From positions 197,486-261,485 of the forward strand of contig DASWYA010000001.1 in assembly GCA_036405235.1 (NCBI GenBank): 64,000 nt of DNA. Reading direction: 5' to 3'. The notes beneath the pieces were generated by a model. That model was not told the DNA's origin. It worked only from the letters and a program-made list of their open reading frames with translations, and made no database searches. The position numbers were made by a program, and so were the translations under genes. Shown in pieces: positions 27,905 through 37,486 of the stretch; the stretch's first letter is position 1; every line of letters begins with the position of its first letter. Source of the DNA: Candidatus Saccharimonadales bacterium (GTDB taxonomy: Bacteria > Patescibacteriota > Saccharimonadia > Saccharimonadales > Saccharimonadaceae).

Positions 27905-28603
27905 ATGAATCAAGCACAGGCAAAAGAACTTTTGGATCAGATAGTAGGCGCGGTATTTGGATACCAAAATCCGCTCGATTTAGAGAAAGCGATGAATAAA
28001 TTTGCTTTCGATGTGCGCCTTCCACAGCAAGTGTATGAAGTTGATGAGAATAAGCAGTCGTGGGCTGCGTCTATGAATTCGCAGGCCTATCGTACGTATG
28101 AGAATATCAAGAAAGACCTTGATAAGACGGATGGTCTGCAGCCTTACCAGGCGCTTGGTTCTGTTGAAGATGTTATGAAAGCATGGCAAGCGGTAAACTT
28201 TGCCATGAGCGAACGCCAGATAAATTCAAGCAATGTCTCTGAGAGCGACGGAGTGTACTCCTCAAACGGCGTGTATCGATCTGTTAATATTCGCAAGTCA
28301 AAAAATATACTCTTTTCTGACGGGCTAGATCAATGCGAAAGCGTTGTAGCTGGGCAAACGTCAAAATCTTGTAAAAATTCAATTCGAGTCGAAGATAGTA
28401 AGCACGTTGAAAATAGCTTCAACGTTATCTGGTCAAACAAAATTGTAAATAGTTACTTTATTCAGGATTGCTTTGATCTTTACGAGTGTATGTTCTGTAC
28501 GCATTTAGCGGGAAAGAAATTTTGTATCGCCAACATACAACTTGAAGAAGCTGAATATCGAGTGGTAAAGGATAAGATTACCCGCTGGATTTTGCAAAGT
28601 TGA
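27905..28603 (+). CDS. Hypothetical protein with a C-terminal Ser/Cys-ladder repeat region
   Basis: The 232-aa ORF starts 15 nt after the ATPase gene, with an AAGGGA RBS. About 8 repeats of 12-13 residues end in CFDLYECMFCTHLAGKKFC. Confidence 0.5.
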   Translation: MNQAQAKELLDQIVGAVFGYQNPLDLEKAMNKFAFDVRLPQQVYEVDENKQSWAASMNSQAYRTYENIKKDLDKTDGLQPYQALGSVEDVMKAWQAVNFAMSERQINSSNVSESDGVYSSNGVYRSVNIRKSKNILFSDGLDQCESVVAGQTSKSCKNSIRVEDSKHVENSFNVIWSNKIVNSYFIQDCFDLYECMFCTHLAGKKFCIANIQLEEAEYRVVKDKITRWILQS

Positions 28604-28610
28604 CCAAGCT

Positions 28611-30041
28611 CTAGACGTGATACCAAATTGAGCCAAAGTTTGTATCACGAATCGCAATAGACTCTTTGAGGAGTTCATCGCGTAGTTCATCGGATTTTGC
28701 CCACTCATGGTTGTCTCGAGCGTGACCGCGCTCTAGAATGAGTTGTTTAGCATCGTCTGAGATATCTGGAGTTGAATGAAGAAGCTGCAAGCCTAATGAC
28801 TCGTCAATCCATTCTAGTAGTGACACGAGTGCTGTTTTTTGTAATTTCGCTGGATCGGCTTTTTCGATGCGATCAAAGACTTCCTCGATGTATGCAATGG
28901 CTTCTGGCGAATTAAGATCATTCTCGAGTGATTCACGTGAGGCGTGCTTTACGGAAAGTATCTGTGCATTTACAGAGTGTCTAGAATCCTTGTCGTCGTC
29001 ATTGGCGAGCGTGTCATTGATCTGATGACGCAAGCTGGCGATACTTTGCCATCGTTTTAACCGATTTGCTGCTGCTTCCAGGATTTCCCATGTGAAGTTT
29101 CCCTCAGTTCGATAATGTTTAGAAAGAACGAGTAGCTTAAATGCCTGCAAGTCAAAGCCTTTACCGGTGATGTCAGCCAATGTATAAATATTACCAAGGC
29201 TTTTACTCATTTTTTTGCCATCTACCTTCATGTGATTGGCGTGTACCCAGGAATTGCTAAATTGCTTACCAGTGACGGCTTCTGTTTGTGCGATCTCGTT
29301 GGTGTGATGCACTGGAATATGATCAATACCGCCTGTATGGATATCGATTTGGTCTCCTAAGATTTCCTTTGCCATAACGGAGCATTCTAGATGCCAACCA
29401 GGAAATCCTTTCCCCCATGGGCTATCCCATTCCATGTCCCGTTTTTCTTTTTCTGGGCTAAATTTCCAAAGCGCAAAGTCGGTCGGATTCTTTTTGCCTG
29501 TATTTGCGACACGAGCGCCAAACTGCAATCCTTTGATATCAAGTCGCGCCAGCTTACCATAATCGCTAAGTTTACTTGTGTCGAAGTAGACTCCGTCTGC
29601 GATATTGTAGGTGTATCCTTTTCTCTCGAGCTCTTCTACAAATGCAATTTGTTGTGGGATGAAGTCGGTTGCTCGTGGAATGTGCTCTGGGCGAAGCAAG
29701 CCAAGTTGATCATATGCTTCGTTGTCTGCGATCTGTATATATTTTTCGGCCACATCCCAAGCAGTCTTTCCCTCGCGGAGCGCACCTTTTTGCATCTTGT
29801 CTTCACCAGCGTCACCGTCATCTGTTAGATGGCCAACATCTGTGATATTCTGCACTCGTTCGACGTCGTATCCGCTTTCGCGTAGTGTACGTACCAATAG
29901 ATCCCAATAAATATAGGCGACCCAATTACCGATGTGAGGTTGGCTGTATACGGTAAGACCACAGGTATAAAGCTTTGCTTTGTTGGGTTCAAGCGTTTGA
30001 AGGGTATCTACTGTTCCCGTAAGAGTGTTGTGTAGTTTCAC
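28611..30041 (-). CDS. cysS: Cysteine--tRNA ligase
   Basis: The 476-aa product has the HIGH motif (QPHIGN) and KMSKS (KKMSKSLGN). Confidence 0.93.
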   Translation of the reverse strand: MKLHNTLTGTVDTLQTLEPNKAKLYTCGLTVYSQPHIGNWVAYIYWDLLVRTLRESGYDVERVQNITDVGHLTDDGDAGEDKMQKGALREGKTAWDVAEKYIQIADNEAYDQLGLLRPEHIPRATDFIPQQIAFVEELERKGYTYNIADGVYFDTSKLSDYGKLARLDIKGLQFGARVANTGKKNPTDFALWKFSPEKEKRDMEWDSPWGKGFPGWHLECSVMAKEILGDQIDIHTGGIDHIPVHHTNEIAQTEAVTGKQFSNSWVHANHMKVDGKKMSKSLGNIYTLADITGKGFDLQAFKLLVLSKHYRTEGNFTWEILEAAANRLKRWQSIASLRHQINDTLANDDDKDSRHSVNAQILSVKHASRESLENDLNSPEAIAYIEEVFDRIEKADPAKLQKTALVSLLEWIDESLGLQLLHSTPDISDDAKQLILERGHARDNHEWAKSDELRDELLKESIAIRDTNFGSIWYHV

Positions 30042-31018
30042 GCCTGCTCCTTCAGCGTTTTCTCGGTTGCTGTCACGAGTTCATGAACACTTGCTTCGTA
30101 CTCTTCATAGATTCTAAACCCTGCTGCATAGGCGTGTCCGCCGCCACCGAAAAATCCGGCAATCTGTTCAGAGACTGGTGAGTTTGAACGGAGCTTGCCT
30201 GTAAGCTTACCATCGGGATATGTTTTGATAGCGCATGCGACCTCAACACCTTCTACGAGGCGCATTTCGTCGAGTACGAGCATACTTGGGTTGTATTTGT
30301 CGGAGTACTTCTCGATTTCATCAAAAGGGATATGTACGAGCGCAAGTTTACCGTCTAGGAAGTACTCAATTCGCTCGATTAACCTTCCCTTGTACTCCAA
30401 AATCTCTGGTGCCTTTTTCATGAATTCGCGACGGCGCTCTTCTATGTTAGCCGGATGCGCTCCGAGCTCAACGAGCTGTGCGGCGGTATTGTAGCTAGCT
30501 GGAGTGACACTTTGAGTGTTGAGGCCAAGCGTATCAGAGAGAAGCGAGCCAAGCAGGTGCTCTGCAGCTCTAGAATTTACCGTCCAGTTGAGTTCATTTG
30601 CAATCCTTAGGATGATTTCACTTGTCGCTGCTGCCTCTTCGTATACTGGCGTGACATCAAAACTCAACGTACTCTCGGTTGCGTGGTGATCAACTACCAC
30701 AACAGGATGTGTCTCAAGGAATGCACGCACACCGGGTGTTTCTAGTACTTTTGAAAGCAGTATGTCTGCTGAAGTGTCGACGATAATAGCTAGATCTGCC
30801 TTGACGTTGAAATCGTTTGTTACTCGGTCCCAGCCGGGAAAGTAGCGAAGATACCTGGGAATGTCGACCGGACAATATAGCGAAACGTTTTTTGCCAGGT
30901 CGCCAAGGATTTCTTCAAACGCTAGTGCGCTTCCTAGAGAATCGCCATCTGGATTTTCAGCCTGAACAATTACAATATTTTGTGCGTCAGCGACAAGATT
31001 TTTGACTTCCTCGTACAT
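30038..31018 (-). CDS. nrnA: DHH/DHHA1 phosphoesterase (NrnA-type oligoribonuclease/pAp phosphatase)
   Basis: The 326-aa product contains NPDGDSLGS, VVDHHAT and GGGGHAYAAG motifs. Confidence 0.8.
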   Translation of the reverse strand: MYEEVKNLVADAQNIVIVQAENPDGDSLGSALAFEEILGDLAKNVSLYCPVDIPRYLRYFPGWDRVTNDFNVKADLAIIVDTSADILLSKVLETPGVRAFLETHPVVVVDHHATESTLSFDVTPVYEEAAATSEIILRIANELNWTVNSRAAEHLLGSLLSDTLGLNTQSVTPASYNTAAQLVELGAHPANIEERRREFMKKAPEILEYKGRLIERIEYFLDGKLALVHIPFDEIEKYSDKYNPSMLVLDEMRLVEGVEVACAIKTYPDGKLTGKLRSNSPVSEQIAGFFGGGGHAYAAGFRIYEEYEASVHELVTATEKTLKEQA

Positions 31019-31019
31019 G

Positions 31020-31640
31020 CTAATTGTTTCGAATGAAATCGATGATTAGCTGATATTGGTCTTCGCTGATAGAATCTTGTGCGCGTAACTCATTAACCAG
31101 CTCTGTGATAGTGAACGCAGGAACGACTTCACAATTTTTTTCTTGGCGGAGTAACTCAAGTCCGCCTTGCTCGCGGTCGATGAGGACAAGAAATTTGTCT
31201 ACAACTAGCTCTGCCATAGCAACTTGGTCTATGGCTTCAATTTTAGAGTCGCCTTTTGTGATAAGATCGTCGATCAATATCACATGGTCGCCGGCCTCAA
31301 AAGCACCTTCAACAGCTGACTTTGTACCGTGATCCTTTACTACCTTGCGCGGTTGTACAAGTGACATACCAAGCTCGTAGCCAACGGCTGTGGCTAGCGG
31401 CACGCCCGCTTCTGGGATACCGGCAAGTTTTACACTTGCCTTGTCTGTGTTTACCAGAAGTTCGCAGAATGCTTTTGTGACAGCCTTTAGTGTGCTTGGA
31501 TATGATTGCACTTCGCGTAGGTCAATATAAAACGGTGACATAATTCCGCTTTTCAGCTTGAACTGCCCAAATTTAATTAAGCCATGCTCGTGCATTTCGT
31601 GTGCGACTTCAGATAATGTCTCTGTGGATATGTTAGTCAT
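31020..31640 (-). CDS. pyrE: Orotate phosphoribosyltransferase
   Basis: The product has the PRPP loop VILIDDLITKGDSK. I chose the ATG at 31640 (GGAGG upstream; it overlaps the pyrF stop) over the track's start at 31694. Confidence 0.85.
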   Translation of the reverse strand: MTNISTETLSEVAHEMHEHGLIKFGQFKLKSGIMSPFYIDLREVQSYPSTLKAVTKAFCELLVNTDKASVKLAGIPEAGVPLATAVGYELGMSLVQPRKVVKDHGTKSAVEGAFEAGDHVILIDDLITKGDSKIEAIDQVAMAELVVDKFLVLIDREQGGLELLRQEKNCEVVPAFTITELVNELRAQDSISEDQYQLIIDFIRNN

Positions 31641-32391
31641 TTTTTCCTCCAAGTTCTTCGATAATTTTTTCAAGCGCTGCTTTTGGTGAGCCAACTTCTG
31701 CTGGTGGCTGGGTAATCGGGCGGCCTATAACTAGGTAATCTGCGCCAGCTTGAATGGCCATTTTTGGTGTCATAACGCGTGATTGGTCACCACTAGCTGC
31801 CCACGTGGGTCGAATACCGGGTGTGACGAGCAGTAGATTCTTTGTTGCCTCGTGAGCGCGAAGCAACTCGGCTTCTTCGGCTGAACAGACCACGCCGTCA
31901 AGTTTGGCAGTGGCTGAGCTTGAGGCGAATTGCAGCACTTTTTCCTGTGCAGGAGCACCGTAAATCGCGTTCGATTCATTATCAGAGAGAGACGTAAGCA
32001 CGGTTACGCCAATAAGAAGCGGAGGCCTAAGTTTGTGGTTGGTAGTTGCGATATTTTTTCCTTCTACGGCAGCGGCTAGAACGTTTTCAGATGTATCAGC
32101 CATGACATTAAACATATCTGCGCCGAGGGTCGTGATAGCTTTTGAAGACAGCTTTACTGTCTCGGGGATGTCTTTGTATTTTGTATCGCAAAAGATAGAA
32201 AAACCACGGTCGTGAACGAGATTAATAGCTGATTCCCAGCCGATAGCTGTGCCGAGCTGATTTCCGACTTTTATCCAGATATTATAACCTTCAAGCTCAT
32301 CAAGGAGAGTTGTAGCGTCTTCTTTTGTGTCAACATCTAGCGCGACAATAATCGCCTGAGCCCAGTCTCGTGCGTCGTGTGTTGTGTGCAT
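31633..32391 (-). CDS. pyrF: Orotidine 5'-phosphate decarboxylase
   Basis: The 252-aa product has the DTKYKDIPETV (DxKxxD) motif and a C-terminal GADYLVIGRPI. Confidence 0.85.
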   Translation of the reverse strand: MHTTHDARDWAQAIIVALDVDTKEDATTLLDELEGYNIWIKVGNQLGTAIGWESAINLVHDRGFSIFCDTKYKDIPETVKLSSKAITTLGADMFNVMADTSENVLAAAVEGKNIATTNHKLRPPLLIGVTVLTSLSDNESNAIYGAPAQEKVLQFASSSATAKLDGVVCSAEEAELLRAHEATKNLLLVTPGIRPTWAASGDQSRVMTPKMAIQAGADYLVIGRPITQPPAEVGSPKAALEKIIEELGGKND

Positions 32392-32427
32392 TAGATATAG
32401 TATACTACACTAGTAAGATAAGGAGTA

Positions 32428-33513
32428 ATGATGACAGCTCAACCGCTACTCTATGATCCACATAGAACCTACGACGAGAACTACGATACTGGTCCATATA
32501 ATATCGATGAGAATGATTATCGAGAAAAATCAGAACCTCAGGAAACATTTTTAGGGTTTCCAGTTCATCTTCCTTTTGGAGTAGCTGCTGGTACGCTTCC
32601 TACTTCCAGGCACACAAATGCTGCGTTTCGTATGGGTTATGACGTGGTGTGTTACAAGACTCAGCGCTCTAGTGATTTTCCATCAAATCCATACCCGAAC
32701 GTACTACCGTTAGATATCGACGGCGATCTTACGCTTGAGAAATTAGTAGATCCGGTCGTGGCGAAAGAAGCATTTCCTGAAGATATTACTCATCTGAGTA
32801 TTACAAATTCGTTTGGTGTGCCATCTCGAGGGCCAGAAGTATGGTTTGATGATCTCAAGACAGCGGTTGCCGGTGCAGGCGCGGGACAACTCCTCATTAT
32901 GAGTGTGGTTGGTACGATCCGACCAGGCGAGACAGCCGACGAGTACTATGATGATTTTGCTCAGAGCGCAAAGCTAGCTGTAGATGCAGGCGCTAAAGCT
33001 GTGGAAGTAAACCTTTCATGTCCAAATGTTGCGAGTGAAGGAATTGTCTGCTATACACCGGATGCGGTGCTTGAAATATGTAAGCGCACAAAAGCGGCTA
33101 TCGGTGATACCCAATTGATCATAAAGGTTGGGTACTATAAGCCGGAGCAACAAGAACTACTGGAGCTTATTGTAGGACAAGTGGCGGAATATGTTGCCGC
33201 TGTAAGTGCGATCAACACGCTACAAGGTACTATTGTTGATAAAGATGGCAACCAAGCGTTGCCTGGTGAAGGTCGCTCTAAAAGTGGGATTTGTGGAGCA
33301 AGCATAAAATGGGCCGGCCTCGATATGGTACGACGCTTGCACGCTCTACGCCAAGCGAATGGATACAACTATGAAATAATTGGCGTCGGGGGTGTTATGA
33401 CGCCAGCGGACTATGAGGAATATCGAGCAGCTGGCGCAGACTGCGTACAGGCTGCAACTGCACCAATGTGGAATCCTAAATTTGCACTTGAAGTTAAGGA
33501 AAGCCTTACTTAG
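32428..33513 (+). CDS. pyrD: Dihydroorotate dehydrogenase-like flavoprotein
   Basis: The 361-aa product has NLSCPN and GVGGV motifs. It is divergent from pyrF-pyrE. Confidence 0.7.
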   Translation: MMTAQPLLYDPHRTYDENYDTGPYNIDENDYREKSEPQETFLGFPVHLPFGVAAGTLPTSRHTNAAFRMGYDVVCYKTQRSSDFPSNPYPNVLPLDIDGDLTLEKLVDPVVAKEAFPEDITHLSITNSFGVPSRGPEVWFDDLKTAVAGAGAGQLLIMSVVGTIRPGETADEYYDDFAQSAKLAVDAGAKAVEVNLSCPNVASEGIVCYTPDAVLEICKRTKAAIGDTQLIIKVGYYKPEQQELLELIVGQVAEYVAAVSAINTLQGTIVDKDGNQALPGEGRSKSGICGASIKWAGLDMVRRLHALRQANGYNYEIIGVGGVMTPADYEEYRAAGADCVQAATAPMWNPKFALEVKESLT

Positions 33514-33534
33514 ACACTTTAAGGTAAGGTGGCT

Positions 33535-34431
33535 TTATAACACCTGCGCAAACTGGCGTGCGGTGACTGCTCCGAGCTTGTTGAGTGATCCAATGACTGG
33601 TTTTTTCTGGGTAAATTCTGCGGATCGTACGAGGTTATTAATGCCAAAAAAAGGACCGGTTTGGGCTAGGCCAAAGCCTTCTCTTGTTGTGGTTAGGATG
33701 GGCATTTCTGTTGTAGTTGGTAGTAAACGAAGAGCCTCGCCCCACCCCTCTACGCCTAATTCACCTACCCGTGCGTCAGAAAATGGGATTACGTTCGTAA
33801 GATTCATAAAAGTAATCATCGCATTATTCTCGCTAAGCGTTTCGGAAAGTTTCTCCATATCTCTGTTGCTGCGAATATCACCATTCCAGCTCGTGATAGC
33901 TTTTGCGCGCGCTGCTTTCTGTGCTCTGTCAAACATTTCATCATTATTAAGGGGGTGGTCCTTACCCGAATTTAGCCAGGTCATCACTTGATTGTGAGCT
34001 TTGCCACTAAGTTCTCCTGGGAGGTATGCGTCCATTCTTTTGAGCCAATTATCAATATTTTTTGCAGTTCGCAAGGTGTTAACATATGCTTGCATGAAGA
34101 TACACATATCAGGAGAGATATCCAGCAGTATAATCGTAGACTCTGGGATGTGGTGTAGGTTTGCTATTAGGCTACTCTCGCCTACAAGAAGAGCTACTTG
34201 ATTTTGGGCTGCCAAGTACTCATGGCTATGCTGCCGCACGGATAATTGCTTGAAGTATGGCTCGCTACATTCGTCATTAGAAAAAGGAAATGTGACGGAG
34301 CTTGGTGTGTAAGTAAACTGCGATAGATCGGGATAAGGCAGGTCTACTCCGGCAAGAGGAGGCTTGACACTTGATTCTTCATGCTGGGGCTGAAACGGTG
34401 CCAAGACCTGACTTGAGTACTCTATTGACAT
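33535..34431 (-). CDS. Hypothetical protein (298 aa)
   Basis: A long ORF with no recognised motif. Confidence 0.45.
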   Translation of the reverse strand: MSIEYSSQVLAPFQPQHEESSVKPPLAGVDLPYPDLSQFTYTPSSVTFPFSNDECSEPYFKQLSVRQHSHEYLAAQNQVALLVGESSLIANLHHIPESTIILLDISPDMCIFMQAYVNTLRTAKNIDNWLKRMDAYLPGELSGKAHNQVMTWLNSGKDHPLNNDEMFDRAQKAARAKAITSWNGDIRSNRDMEKLSETLSENNAMITFMNLTNVIPFSDARVGELGVEGWGEALRLLPTTTEMPILTTTREGFGLAQTGPFFGINNLVRSAEFTQKKPVIGSLNKLGAVTARQFAQVL

Positions 34432-34492
34432 CGGTAAACAATAACATAATTTTACTTAAAAGTAAAATTACTCGTTCATGCTACGCTTGTAA

Positions 34493-34969
34493 CTAGCGGG
34501 GCAGCTGAGTCTCTGAGTCGGGGTAGTTTAGTTCTGAGTATGCTATCCCCTGTTTCGTCATGTCTAGTACGTGCTTCAAGATGGGTACTGTCTTTTCCGG
34601 GAGTTCGTTAAGTTTGCACCAGATAAGTTCATCGGCTTTGTCGGGTTCGGCGATGTGAGCGTTGCCGCTAAAGTTGCTCGCTTTAAAGAAAACAGATACT
34701 CGTTCGTGGTCGCGGCTGTCAGCTTGGTATATCGACGTATGAATTGCTTCTAGGTTGGCTGTATCAATGTCTAGGCCTACCTCTTCCTTGGACTCTCTGG
34801 CAGCTGCGCTCCGTGGTGACTCGTTTCCGTCCATATGTCCAGCTGGTACGGTATACCAGCCGTCACGCCAGCCAGTATTGAACCGTCGAATCAATAGGAT
34901 TTCGTTATTTTGGTTATAGATAAATACCCAAACAGCGGGAATGATAGAGTGCCGGTCAGGCTTGCTCAC
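34493..34969 (-). CDS. NUDIX hydrolase
   Basis: The product has the Nudix box GHMDGNESPRSAAARESKEEVGL. Confidence 0.8.
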   Translation of the reverse strand: MSKPDRHSIIPAVWVFIYNQNNEILLIRRFNTGWRDGWYTVPAGHMDGNESPRSAAARESKEEVGLDIDTANLEAIHTSIYQADSRDHERVSVFFKASNFSGNAHIAEPDKADELIWCKLNELPEKTVPILKHVLDMTKQGIAYSELNYPDSETQLPR

Positions 34970-35583
34970 AGTGTTCGTCTGCCTTCGAGAGCGTGACTGA
35001 GAGTGATCTGATCGGCGTACTCGAGGTCGACACCGACGGGAATACCTCGTGCAAGACGTGACATCGTGACGGTAATGCCAGCGTCAGTGATATACTTCTG
35101 CAAGAATAGAGCAGTCGATTCCCCTTCTACTGATGCATTTGTGGCAATGATGATTTCGTTTACGCTATCTTTCTTGATGCGCTGAATAAGCTCAGGTATA
35201 TGTAGCTCTTCTGGTCCGACGCCGTCAATTGGTGAAATAGCACCGCCTAGCACATGGTATGTTCCCTTGAACTGTCCGGTACGCTCAAGAGCTATGATAT
35301 CAAGCGGTTCCTCGACTACTGCAACAAGAGATTTATCTCTTGAGGGGTCGCTATAGAGTGGAGATAGCTCTTGGTCGGCGTCAATTAACGCATAGGTAAT
35401 CGGGCAATATTTTACACTTTCATGTAGGCGATCGAGAGCGCTTGCTAAGCTTTTTGCCGTTTTTGGAGAGCTCCTAAAAAGATAATAGGCATATCGTTCT
35501 GCGGTACGTGCGCCGACGCCTGGTAAGTTGCCTAACTCATCAATCAGAGATGTGAGCGCTGCTGGCAGGATGGGTTTTGCCAC
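34966..35583 (-). CDS. recR: Recombination protein RecR (zinc finger degenerate)
   Basis: The 205-aa product has an HhH region (LPGVGARTAERYAY) and a Toprim domain. Only one of the four usual Zn-finger Cys residues is present. Confidence 0.9.
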   Translation of the reverse strand: MAKPILPAALTSLIDELGNLPGVGARTAERYAYYLFRSSPKTAKSLASALDRLHESVKYCPITYALIDADQELSPLYSDPSRDKSLVAVVEEPLDIIALERTGQFKGTYHVLGGAISPIDGVGPEELHIPELIQRIKKDSVNEIIIATNASVEGESTALFLQKYITDAGITVTMSRLARGIPVGVDLEYADQITLSHALEGRRTL

Positions 35584-35597
35584 TTCAGACTCTCTTC

Positions 35598-35888
35598 TTA
35601 CATTCCAGGTAGGTTGAGGCCGCCCATGAGGGGCTTCATGGTGTCGGCAGCAATTTCTTGAGCCTTCGCCATTCCATCTCGGATAGCGATTTCAATCCAG
35701 TGCTCAAGCTCTGCGATATCGTCGAGATCAACTCGCTCTGGATCAATTTTGATAGAATCAACCTTTAGTTCACCTGTAATGCGCACTATGACCGCACCAT
35801 CACCGGCTTCTACTTCAACGATTTGTTTCTTTAGGTTTTTCTGTGCCTTACGCAGGTCATTAAGCATCTTTACTTGGTCAAACGCCAC
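35598..35888 (-). CDS. ybaB: Nucleoid-associated protein YbaB/EbfC
   Basis: The 96-aa ORF has a GTG start, a typical YbaB pattern and a PGM C-terminus. Confidence 0.85.
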   Translation of the reverse strand: MAFDQVKMLNDLRKAQKNLKKQIVEVEAGDGAVIVRITGELKVDSIKIDPERVDLDDIAELEHWIEIAIRDGMAKAQEIAADTMKPLMGGLNLPGM

Positions 35889-35931
35889 TCTTGTATCCCC
35901 TTTTACTTCCTTAGTATCTTACTAGTATATC

Positions 35932-37410
35932 TTAGTTATAGCCATTTTTGTAGAGGTAGAAGCGATTGGCGCTTTCGCCTGCTGAGGATACTAGTATCTC
36001 GCTTGGAGGCGTGTTTGCTGCAATGAATTCTCTGCTTGCTATGACAATCTCATCTGGCTTGACTGTTTGAGGAGGCTTGTCGGTAATAACTGGCTTTGCG
36101 GAATTTTTCAAAGATGTTGCATAGGTTGTGAAAAATTTCTTTTCAGAAGCCGGAACGATTAAAGTGATTCGTCGGTCTCCTGTGTCTCGGATAGCTTGGT
36201 CAACTTTTGATAAATCTCGGGAAAAACTTTGAGATGCCTCTGAGCTATAATGGTAGCCGTAAACAAAACGCTCTAAGCCTGAAAAAGTAATACCGAATAC
36301 CAGTACGGATAGAGGTAGTATGCCGACGACTCGCGCGTAAGGATTGTGCGGGAAAAGACTGTACCAGCCTTGAATTAAGTAATCTATTCCAAAGGCGACC
36401 AATAGCACAACAGGGATAAACGTAAAAGAAGTGATCGAGTTTTGCAGGGCCAGTATAGGTATAAGGCACAGGAACCATATTGATAGGATGTAGCTTTTTG
36501 CGGTATATTTTGCAGTGAATAACCTTATAATCCCTATAAGCGCGATTAAGAGGACGGCTAAACTATAGGCAGGTCGAATAACCTCACCACTTGTTGGCTG
36601 AATGAAGCCTATGTAATCACCAAGAAGTGCGAGAATATGGCTCCATGATAGGGCTGATAGATCACTTGGGATCCCGAGAAGCTGTAGGCCTAGATGAGGC
36701 GAGGCTATTAAACTAAGTGCTAGAGGAGCTGCCATGAGTAGGAATATACAGAGACCAAGCGCTAAAACAATTGGCGACTCTCTAAAGATAACGAAGCGTG
36801 CGTGCGGATGCAGTATGCTTGTGAGTCCTAGAGCAAGGAGTACGTATACCATGAGTGGAGAATATAAGCTGAGCCCGCCTATAATCATGGCACCGATAAG
36901 CCAGATTGGTCGAAATTTCTTCGCCCGAGCAAGCATTGAAGTGAAGAAAAGTAGTGCTGCGCTCCAGAAGATATAGCTAATCGATGGAGTTCCAAGTTGA
37001 GCTAACAGAAGGAATTGACCCGATGTGACTGCGATAAGACTAGTGATGATAGCAGTGTTACGCTTAAACCAAAGACGTACCACTCCGTAAAGCATCAAGA
37101 TGCTGCAAAATGCCATGACAAGCGCCGGAAGCTTGATCGCTAACTGGTTGAAGCCAAACGCCATGATCGAGAGCTTTTGCAGGATATGGTATGGCAAGTG
37201 CTGTACATTTTCTGGTGAGACTCCTTGTATCACATTTGGTGGCGTGTGAACGCTAGTGACAACGGAAGCCATCTCCAATTTTGAGAGACCATTTGGGACT
37301 AGGAAGCCAACCACAAACAGCACCAAAATAAGGAGTGCGCCCATAAGCGTAAAACCGATGGGGTATCGCCATCGATAAATGTAGAAATCATTCACTTTTA
37401 GTCTACCCAT
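35932..37410 (-). CDS. Polytopic membrane glycosyltransferase, GT39/ArnT-like
   Basis: The 492-aa product has about 11 TM helices and a soluble C-terminal domain. This is an architecture-level call only. Confidence 0.55.
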   Translation of the reverse strand: MGRLKVNDFYIYRWRYPIGFTLMGALLILVLFVVGFLVPNGLSKLEMASVVTSVHTPPNVIQGVSPENVQHLPYHILQKLSIMAFGFNQLAIKLPALVMAFCSILMLYGVVRLWFKRNTAIITSLIAVTSGQFLLLAQLGTPSISYIFWSAALLFFTSMLARAKKFRPIWLIGAMIIGGLSLYSPLMVYVLLALGLTSILHPHARFVIFRESPIVLALGLCIFLLMAAPLALSLIASPHLGLQLLGIPSDLSALSWSHILALLGDYIGFIQPTSGEVIRPAYSLAVLLIALIGIIRLFTAKYTAKSYILSIWFLCLIPILALQNSITSFTFIPVVLLVAFGIDYLIQGWYSLFPHNPYARVVGILPLSVLVFGITFSGLERFVYGYHYSSEASQSFSRDLSKVDQAIRDTGDRRITLIVPASEKKFFTTYATSLKNSAKPVITDKPPQTVKPDEIVIASREFIAANTPPSEILVSSAGESANRFYLYKNGYN

Positions 37411-37486
37411 CGTTGTTCTTTTAGTATATCACGGGAGCTTGGTTCGGTAGAGTGTAAACGATAAGCGCGAGGCGTGTTAACTCTCG

